From Lama glama (lineage: Eukaryota), in the NCBI GenBank assembly GCA_028534125.1, contig CM052816.1:96288001-96352000 (forward strand): DNA of 64,000 nucleotides, read 5' to 3'. Each line of letters opens with the position of its first letter. The stretch's first letter is position 1. Below the pieces are notes generated by a model that searched no databases, was not told the DNA's origin, and saw only the letters and a list, made by a program, of their open reading frames with translations. Shown here in pieces: positions 12,341 to 22,074 of this stretch. Both the position numbers and the translations under genes were made by a program.

Positions 12341-12551
12341 CACACTGAGTGCTCTGCACACAGTGGGTCCTCTGCATGCACTTGATACACTGCAAATATT
12401 AGATATTTTACAAACACTGGATGCTCTACATGCTGGGTGCTCTGCAAACACTAGATTCTGGACAGACACTGGGTGTTCTGCAAACATTAAATGCTCTGTA
12501 AACATGACACATCCAGGCACCAGATGCTCTGCATGCACTAGATGCTGTGGA
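12341..12551. repeat. Degenerate minisatellite, about 11 copies of an 18-bp unit (consensus near aacactggatgctctgca)
   Basis: Units cacactgagtgctctgca, cacagtgggtcctctgca, tgcacttgatacactgca, aatattagatattttaca, aacactggatgctctaca, tgctgggtgctctgca (16 bp), aacactagattctggaca, gacactgggtgttctgca, aacattaaatgctctgta, and further degraded copies. Confidence 0.85.
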
Positions 12552-15150
12552 TCACACAGGTCTCTCTGGTTAATGAGAATGTCTGGAGGAGACCCTGGAA
12601 ATTCAGAGTGTCCTAAAGGCGGCTTGAAATCAATATTCACATATGGGATAAACCACCCCAGGAGTTTTCCAGCTCTCATTTCTGAGCTGGGGCAAAAACT
12701 GCAGCCTTCTTAACTCTGGGCGTTATATTTGGTTTGGGAAAATGGGATAAGTTTGTCACTGAGCCCACACTAAGGTATAAAACTCAGACAAACCTGAGAT
12801 ACCGAGGACTGAGAAACTTTATGGGGTCGTTGGCAGAGTGCACTTGGTGCCAGTTCAGAGAGAATAAAAGACAACTTATGGTTTTGTTTTTCTTCTGCCT
12901 GAGCAGGTCGTATTTCTTTTAACACTTTAGATTCTCAAATAAAATTCCACTGTGCACAGGCCTGTTGTTGCTCTTCCTGTGCCATCTGTCAGAGTGATTG
13001 AGCACTGAAGGCCACTGGGCTCTCACTTCATTCGCCTGCCCATGGTGCTGGCACTGCAGAGTGAATGCAGAGACATGGGGATGTTTTGGTAGAGAGATGC
13101 AGCATGGGGAGGTCTGGCTCGGCACCCTTCCTGTCTGATCTTCCCGTTGGTCCTCGCAGCAATTTCATAACCTTGGTTCGTGAGGCTGAGTGATGTTTTT
13201 GTGCTGCTGCAAAGTTTGTTTTTGTGAAATGCAAAAGCCACGCACTCCAGATAGCCTTGGGAAATTTGGAGAGAGGAAGAGGGTTATGAGATGCTTTGTC
13301 AGATATTACGCCCAACCCAAGGAGATTTCCGTTATTGGGATTTGCAATTAGATTCCCTCCCCTTTGCACTGGCAAAGATATTGCAGTAGCTTTAAAAGAA
13401 TCTATTACTGATTATAGAAGCACTTCTTTCCAGGTCAGCCTGAATTAAATTTGAACCGTGGAAAATCTCAGTGTCCAGGCTGGGATGATATATTGATTGG
13501 TATGTCAGTGCTGAGATTTAAATTTATTTATGAAAATGTGAAAGGTAAATCTGTCAACCTTCACATGTTCTAGGAAAACAATTCAAATGCGGTAGATTTA
13601 TTTTTTGCTGAAATACATCATTCCTGTTCCTGGTAGCTCGGCATCTAAGACTGGGGTCTCTACTCCCATGTCCAGGTTTGTCTCATCTGCTGGGAAACCA
13701 CAGGGATGGATGACCTGAGTCGATCTTGCACTTTAGTTTCTAAAACTTTGCAATACGAGGAACTCAGAAAACATTCTAAGTCATTCTTTTTTTTTTATTG
13801 CAAACTGACTTCAGTAATCACACTTAAAACTGATTTAATGAAAGAAAATATTATATTAAGGAAAGTATAGCATATTTATTATGTAGTCACTGTTGTATGT
13901 GTGTGTGAGAGATACATCTGACTATAAATGTAAAAATGGAATGTCTCTCTAAAATGTTAATATATTTCTTTGTTTATTTGTGTCTAAAGTTAGCAAATTA
14001 TGGTTTCTGAAACAAATATAACATCAGTTTTCAAATCCAGAAGAATATTATACATGTCTCCAGTAAGCCTAATATAATTTTTTAGGTATTTTAGTTTAGT
14101 TTTTTTTTTTTCTTCTTTCCCCACCATAGTTAATTTACTGGCCATGTAATTCCAGGAAGGTGTTATTGAAGTACAACGGAGAAATCTCTTCTTTTATTAT
14201 AGAAGCACAGCATGTATTTTTTTCCACGTTTTTAAAAAATGTATTCCAGTTTCTGTCTCTTCTAAGGCAGGACTGCCAGCCCGTGCCAAGTGAAGAATAT
14301 AATCAGAATGAAGACTTAGTTTATTTGGATTGCTTAGAAAATGTATCCTAGCAATTAAATTCCTAAGATGGTTATTTAAAAACAGTAGCTATGTAGGTAA
14401 TGTAATGTGTTGATAATGTTTTAGCTGCAGGTTAGAAATCTTTGGCCACAAAGTATGTTTTGTTTTTGAGGGGGGTCTTTTAACCAGATAGTGGCTGTTG
14501 GTATAGGTAATGTATTGATTTTTGGAGTCACAAAGTGGAGTATCTGCTTTCCTTTTTCTGGCTGGGTGACAAGCTGGGTGACATTTCTGTATCAGGGTCC
14601 CCCCCTCTGAGAAGGGGGGCAGGCGCCTCTCTCCCAGAGCCGCTCCAAGTATCAAACGCGGTGATGCGTGTGCAGTCCTGCCAGAAGGTCTCACCTTTCG
14701 CCGCCTTCACTGTGAGTTCCCCTTCCTACCCTCATTTCTTTAATTGTAATTCCTGGGCTCCAGCTGCTTCTCTGAGCTCACATTTATTAAAAGTGACTGC
14801 ATGCTAATGAAATGTTATTTACCCAGTAAAGGACAGGTTTATGGAAAGTGTAAGAACTTGAACTTCCTGAGCACTGCAGCAGCCAATGGAAAGAGTTGAT
14901 TTCAAGTTCAGGTGTGAATGGGATGTAAAAGACTTGAGACTCTTTTCTTGCTCCATCATTTTTAGATTGAAATTTCGGGAAAAGATATCCCACATTTCAC
15001 CTGTGAAGCTCATACATCCTTGTCTTTGAACAAATCCCCAAACCTTTATTGAAATCTCAGTAAGAGATGGTCTGTTCAGACCCTTAAGGACCCTCACTGA
15101 GAGCTGTTAGTTTTTTCTGTGAAGCACTGCTCTTAAAGTTCCAAATATTG

Positions 15151-15853
15151 GTATCTCTTCGTGATCCTGATTTCCGTTCTTTTGGGTAAATATGCAAAAA
15201 TGGGCTTGCTCAATCATTTGGAAGTTTTATTTTTAATTTTTGAGAAACTCCATGCCATTTTGCGTAGTGGCTGCACCATTTTGCATTCGCATCCGTGACA
15301 TGCAAGGGTTCCCATTCCTCCACGTCTGAAAGAACTGAGGTCGGATCTCGAAGAGCTCTCTGCACTCCCACATTCACCGCCGCGCTATTCACGGTAGCCA
15401 GGATGTGGAAACAACCTAATGCCCACCTACAATGAGTGGGTAGAGAAAATACGCTGTATACATACAACGTAACACTGTTCAGCCTTTAAAAAGAAGGAAA
15501 TTCTGCAATTTGTGCCAACATGGATGAACCCTGAGGACATTATTCTCCGCGAAATTAGCCAGTCACAGAAGGACAAATCCTGGTGACTCCACTTGCAGGA
15601 GGTACCTAAAATGGTCAGATGCATACAATCAAAGAGCTGAATGGTGGTTCCCAGGGGCCGGGTGGAGAGGGAAATGGGGAAATAAAGTTTCAGTTAAGCA
15701 AGATGAGCAAGTTTTGGAGGTCTGCTGTCCAGCTTTGTACCTACTGCCCACAAGACAGTATTGAACACTTAAAAGTTTAAGAAGGGAGATCTCATGTTAA
15801 ATGTTCTTACCAAGATGAAATAAAATAAGAAAAAAATAAAGGTAAAGAAAAGT
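15151..15853 (+). mobile_element. LINE-1 (L1MA10/L1MB1-like) 3' end with 5' inversion
   Basis: 15151-15327 is L1 antisense and 15328-15853 is L1 sense ending in an A-rich tail. TSD aagttccaaatattg (15136-15150) / aagttccagatgttg (15854-15868). Confidence 0.88.
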
Positions 15854-16827
15854 AAGTTCCAGATGTTGATGGCTTGGGCACCAGGGAGCCGTGGGTTGTC
15901 TGGGGAGCTGACTGACAAACACAGATGGAGGGTCTGGATTTTCTGCAGCCAATTAATTGTTTGAACCTGAGGTTCCCCCAACCCCGTGTGCCCTCTGGGC
16001 CCTGGCCTTCCTCGCTGAAGTGCAGGGCAAAGCGAGCCAGCATCCGAGTCCCCCGGCCCTAAAATCGTGGACTCTGTGATCCTGTAGCTCTTCTCTGAAC
16101 CCTGGGGGCACATGTGTCCACCTGACTGCAGAGCCACTTGAAGCAAATATCCTTCCCTGGGGGCTAAGTTTGGAATGAGACACATGAAGACACTTAGAAA
16201 ACACAGACCCCAGGGCGGCAGTGGAGGGAAATAAGGAGACATGCTGTGATTTTTCGAGCACCTGCCAAGACTTAGGGACAATCCAGCTGCCTCTCCTTCC
16301 GTTACAAGCACTCTGTAAGCGTGAGGTTCCTAGTGCTTACGGATGAAGAGTGAGAGTGAGACAGCCCAGGCAGGTGCAGTGCTCCAGGGCACTGAGCCAG
16401 CCCTGAGACGGCTGGGGCCCCAGGGAGAAGATGGCACCATCCTGGTTACTTTTCCCCTTCCACCTGCTGGAAAACGGCTGAGAGAGGGTCAGTGTTTGTT
16501 CCAAGTCCCACAGGCTGGGATGTAAGCCACAGTAGTGACTTGGAATCTCAGGGTTGCAATTATTTTATTGAAAATAATCCGATCATTTTAGAATAGCCAC
16601 TTTGGGCTTAATTATCATTGGCATCATTTTGCTTCATTTTTAATCTTTTTTTTTTGGCATTATCTAATAACCACGAGGATAATTGTTATATCAAGTCTTA
16701 CAAACCCTAGCTTACTGCATAATATCAGATGAAATATTGAAAGGAACTTAGAATGAACCAAGCTGAAGTTATAATCCATGCATGTTATGATAGACTGAAA
16801 TTCTGTTGCATAATGAAATAATTAACT

Positions 16828-17420
16828 TTAATTGAGTGCCTACTGCATACCGTGCATTGCACTAGGAGCATTTAAATTGATTGTTTATTCCTCCTGTATT
16901 CCTGTTAGGCATTTTTTTTTCAATTTGAAGTATATTTGATTTACAGTGTTGTGTTACTTTCATGTGTAATCATAATGGTTCAATTATACATATATATGTT
17001 CTTTTTCAGGTTCTTTTCAATTATAGGTTATTGCAAGCTACTGAACATAGTTCCCTGTGCTGTACAGTAGGGCCTTGTTGTTTATGTATTTTATATATAG
17101 TAATTGTATCTGCAAATCCTGAACTCCTAATTTATCCGTCTTCCCAGCCCTTTCCCCTTTGGTAACCATAAGTTTGTTTTCTATGTCTTTGAGTCTGTTT
17201 CTGTTTTATAAATAAGTTCATTGTCAGTCAGAAAAAGGCAAGTGTCATATGGTATCACTTGTATGTGGAATCTAAAAAAAATGACACAAATGAACATAGG
17301 CAGTGTTCATTATTACTTCCACTTGGAGATGGGAAACTCAACTTGAGAAAGACTAATGAACTTGGTGGGTAGCCAGTTGCTAGTGGGTGACTGGGCCAGC
17401 ATTTGAGAACTGGTTCTCAA
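16828..17420 (-). mobile_element. MIR SINE split by an L1 insertion
   Basis: attgagtgcctactgcatacc...ctagg before the L1, and ...gagatgggaaactcaacttgagaaagactaatgaacttg...gctagtgggtgactgggccagcatttga after it. Confidence 0.65.
16912..17296 (-). mobile_element. LINE-1 3' end with inverted 5' piece
   Basis: T-tract at 16912, antisense L1 3' UTR to 17222, then a sense-strand piece 17223-17296 (...atcacttgtatgtggaatctaaaaaaaatgacacaaatgaac). Flanked by taggca on both sides. Confidence 0.88.
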
Positions 17421-19369
17421 GGCACAAATAAAATTTAATGACACAATGACATGTGCATAATTTTTTGTTCAGTGTTAAGTAATAAATGAGAGGATCTTAT
17501 TTTTCTTTACTCCTAGTTAGTACAAAGTATATCTTAAAAGAAAGAGAAGCTTCTTTTGTCTTTCCATCACATTTCTCTCATTCCTTAACACCTTGATGTC
17601 CATAATACTCTGATCATATTCTTCCAGCCAACCATGAGAGTTTCCTTGAGAGATTCTCATGAGCATGGAAATTAATTGAAGACAAACTCATAACCCAAAT
17701 CTTAATTCTGTGTTTTGGTTGAAAATTAACAACACACGATAGGAAGAAAGACATAAAATATGATAGTATACAAATGGAATTGCTTCTCAAATTAATGTCA
17801 CTCGGATTCCCTCAAAAGTTCAGCAGGTGTGCCGAAGAATGAAACTAAAGATGGTGTCGGGCACAGCAGATATAATTCAAAAACAGAAACAGACTTCGTC
17901 CTGCCAGCACTGCATTTATTACTGAAATATCACACACTGTAAACCAGTTGACAAAAGCTGTGATTTAAAGTATCAACAGGGAGCATCATTGGAGAGATAT
18001 CTATTTCTTAGATACAAAAAAATAAATAAATAAACTGGACCACAGAAGGCCCTGGAAGTTCAGGAATAAAGCCATTACCATCAATACATGCTGTCAAAGG
18101 GACGCTGTGAAGGTTAATCGGAGTTGATGTAACACACTAAGAATTGTCTGTGTCAGATCATGGCACTATGGATACATTCAGGAGCAAGTGAAACCCGGCA
18201 ATTGGAAGTTTAAATAGGTTGTGATGGATGAAAATAATGACAGTATTACAATGTAACTCATTTTTGTGGCACACGTCGGAGTTTGCAAAATATTCTAGGA
18301 AATGTCATCTCATGTATTCCTGATCTTCCAACTGAGAAAATCAGGGCCCAGAGAAAGGAATTTACATACGTGAAACCCTGCAGCAGGCAGAGCGAGGCCC
18401 TGGGGCCAGGCCTTCTGAGCCTGAGGAGCTGACCGGTCCGGGATGCTGTGGCCTCGTCAGACAATGCTGGGGCAGAACTAGACTAATGGGCAGGAGTGGA
18501 TTTCCCGTCCATAAAGCAGATCAGTTAAAGAAGGGAATTATCAGAAGACATCTCCTTTTCTCCTAGTTGGATAAAATTATCTCTAGCACCCCACTGTTTT
18601 TTAAGTATTAAAATACCTTCAAGAGTAACAACTTTCTTGCCATGGCACCTACTATTCAGATGGGACAGCTGGCACCTCCTCTCTGCATCGGATATAGACG
18701 AAACCCAAGCTGAGAGACATTAACCTTCTAAACCCCAACAAGGAGTCTTTGAGTTGGCTGCTTGCTGGCATGTGGCAGTTAGAGTCCTTTGCACTGGCGT
18801 GTCGTGTTTCCTCGTGTTCCTCCTCTGTGGCTTTCCAGAGATCCGTGGTCCTGCTGTGGAGGACAGGAACATTTTTACGAGGAGGTACATTGCAAGTTTT
18901 CTCTTTGTCTAATTTGTTTTGTTTGCTATTGTGATGTTTGTGCAACGTAAGCCCAGCACACACTGGACCGAGGTGCCTCGGCCTTGACAGTTTACACTAG
19001 GCTGTATGCGTTAGTTAAAGGATTACAATTTCACTCTGGGCCAAGATCCACTTCTACGTGCTTAGTTCCTGCCCCGACAGTACCCTGGAAGCTCGGTCAC
19101 AGGTGTGGATCTCTCGCCTGGGCTCCTTGCATGGCTCCTTATTGGACTGTCCGGAAGCCCTGCTTACTTTAATGAGCCAGTGGTCCTTCTGGGTTAAATA
19201 CAACCAATTTGATGCATTTTTTATGAAAATACCATCTTGCGATTCTAAAAAGGCCATTTTCTTAACCACAATTTAATAACTAAAATTAAGTAAAAGCAAA
19301 TAGTTGATTTTAACTCCATTGAAAATGTACAAACATCTTTATGGCTAAAAACAGTATTTTTCATCACCA

Positions 19370-19590
19370 TCACTAATTTCTACATGCCAGGTATGGTTTA
19401 AAATACTTCTTATGGATGTTGTTATTTGTTCCTCCCAGTGAACCCATGATGTGGCATTATTACCAGAGTAACCATTTTTCAGGTGTGGAAACTTGGCACA
19501 AAGAGGCATGATGTCTCCTCCCACGTGCAGCATAGCCGGACTCAAGGTGGGCAAACGTCCTGACAGCCTGCGTGTTCCCCAGCTACATTC
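19370..19590 (-). mobile_element. MIR SINE fragment
   Basis: tacatgccaggtatgg...ccattttcaggtgtggaaacttggcacaaagagg resembles the MIR core. Confidence 0.6.
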
Positions 19591-19897
19591 TGTAGCCTTG
19601 GTGAATATTTGAAAAATAATTTAAAAGGGTAAAACTTAAAAGACTCTGGTTTTCCTAATGTTAGAAACCTGTTTTACCCAGATGAGTATGATCCACAGCA
19701 AATTTGATAAGGTGAAACATTGGAACTAAAATCTGAAAATAGGCAATCATTTGTTACTTATTGGGAACAATAGATGACCCTTGTTGGCCTCTAAGAGTAC
19801 ATATAACTGAGAGTCTGGAGAGACCAGAGGATTCTTAGGGATGCTCCAGATATCCAGATGCACCTGGGAAAGGAACCCTCACCAATCCCTATCCTCC

Positions 19898-20031
19898 ACG
19901 GCCACTGTGTACAGGTGTGCAGGTTGTGCACTGCACAATTCTAAGGGGGTGTTAAATGTCCTCTAGATGTGAGTATTGCCACCTTAGAAGGACAGTGCAC
20001 AGTCTGGGTTCTCTATGGGACTGCAGGGCCA
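19898..20031. mobile_element. MER91-like palindromic hAT MITE
   Basis: gtgcaggttgtgcactgcacaattctaagggggtg...gatgtgagtattgccaccttagaaggacagtgcaca forms an imperfect inverted repeat matching the recalled MER91 pattern. Confidence 0.7.
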
Positions 20032-22039
20032 CGCTAGCCTTGGCCTGAGTACATGAAAACCAAGGTTCTTCAGAGCCTCCGAGACACTAGAGTGCTTGCC
20101 ACCCTTCATTCCAGACTGTGTTCTGCATCGTGGAGTTGGGAGCCGAGAGGAGCAAGCCTGGCATCTTAACTTGAGCTCCTTTCAGAGTAGAGCCTGAGAC
20201 AGAACAAGAGCTGAGACCGCCTAGTTATTACTCAGGAGATGAATCTTTAGAGCAGATGGAAGGGTGAGGGTAGCAAGGCAGAGAAGAAGGGAAGCCCACG
20301 AGGGTTTGTTATCAAGGCCACTGCCAAGGGCAACAGGGCAGATTCCCTCCAGGACGCCTGAGAAGCCTGCAGAGCGCCCCCCCGAAGCGCCTGCCCTTCA
20401 CGGCTCCCCTTGCTTGAGGGGTGCTCCTGGGCTGCCCCCTCACAAGCCCACAGTCTCCGTGAGCCCTCAGAGAAGACTTGCTGTGAAAAGTCACAGGAAG
20501 TGAGGCTTGCGTCCCAGGTGGTCGTGGCAGGCAGACAGTGGCCCACCACTGGGAAGCTGGGCTCATGGGGTGGGGGCTGCAGTGTGGGGGACCCCAAAAC
20601 ATTTGCTACACCTGGCTGCCTGAAGACAAATCCTGACCGCGCTAGAAGGAACTCGTGAGCTCACGTTTTCTGAAGCTCCGATGATTGGGATTAAACTGTG
20701 CTCTCCTGCCTTGCAGGGTCCTGTGGACTCTTAAGAGCTTTCCCACCATACAATGGCTGTGCATGCTTATTACTGGGAAAACACTTGGTTTTCCATCAGG
20801 TTTTTTCAGCACAGTGGTTCTCTATCGTGTGGACCGGTGCTTGCCCTGGATGCATAGGAGAAAAGCTGCTGGGGGCTCCTGGGAAATTCTGTTTGTCCCT
20901 CAGAAAGAGACACGAGAAGGGAGGGCTCCTTCCCTTCTCTGGTCACTTGCATGTCAGAGCTGAAGCTGGGACTGTTACTCCCCGCTCACTGGCAGCCTGA
21001 GAGGGCCACCAGCTCAGGGCGGAGAGGGAGCAGGGGACACGACGGGCTGTCGGCCTGGGAGCCACCCTCGCTGAGGACTGGCGACCTGAGATCAGAAGTT
21101 CCCCCTTGGCTTCAGCTAGTTTGAGTCAAACCATCCTCACTGCTCTGCCCACTTACTCTGCTCGCCACTCTTAGAGGTGCTTCAAATCTCAGATCCTCAA
21201 GGCTAGGAGGACCCCAGCTTACTCCTTCTCCTCCTGTCTTTGGAAACTGCCTCTCAAATACCACTTCACAGTGGGTGCTCTTTCTTAATGTGGTATCTGT
21301 TAGAGATGATCTAAAATGTTCATGTCATCCCTGACCAGGAAAGCTCAACAAACAACCTTGACCTTCATGAAGAAGGTCACAGTGTGCACTGTTCCTTTTG
21401 CACTGTGCTCACAAAAGGCATTCACTTGTATTTCCACATATTCATCTCTAAGGGAAATGATTGCCTCCCTGGCTGAAACCTGTTATTACACCTTTCATAA
21501 GCACAGGGATGCAAAATTGGCTTTCTTTTGTTATGTTGAGATCTCAGTGGTGAGCTTGCAAATATGAAAGGTTGTCAGAGTGAAAATGTCACATTTTCTT
21601 AAAAGAGGCTTGAGTATTTTGCAAAAGTTAACATCAGTACCCAAAATCGAACAATACAGAGGATGACCACAGAAGTGTAAGCATTCTATAACTTGGAACT
21701 GGAAGTCTGGCCATCAAGTCTAAGAATGATGCATGATCTATATGGAGAGAAAAGAAAAATGATGGATTACAGGAATTAATCCATCAAAAGGTTGCCTCTA
21801 GGACATCAATTCTTCTCCCATCTCTGGAAATTGTAATTGGTATGGAGATCTGGAGTATTTCACCAAAAAAAAAGTTTTACTTACAGTGTTGGCAGAGTCT
21901 ATTGCACACATTTCTTTGGCTTTATAAAAAATCAGGTTTGTTTCTGCCTATAATAATTTAGATACAATGACTGTAAAGTTAATTGAAAGAGCAAGTTTCA
22001 TGAATAGAAGTTTTCTGCTGTAAAAGTGACATAACACAC

Positions 22040-22042
<3 letters not shown>

Positions 22043-22072
<30 letters not shown>
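22043..22072. repeat. (AC)15 microsatellite
   Basis: Read directly from the sequence. Confidence 0.95.
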
Positions 22073-22074
<2 letters not shown>

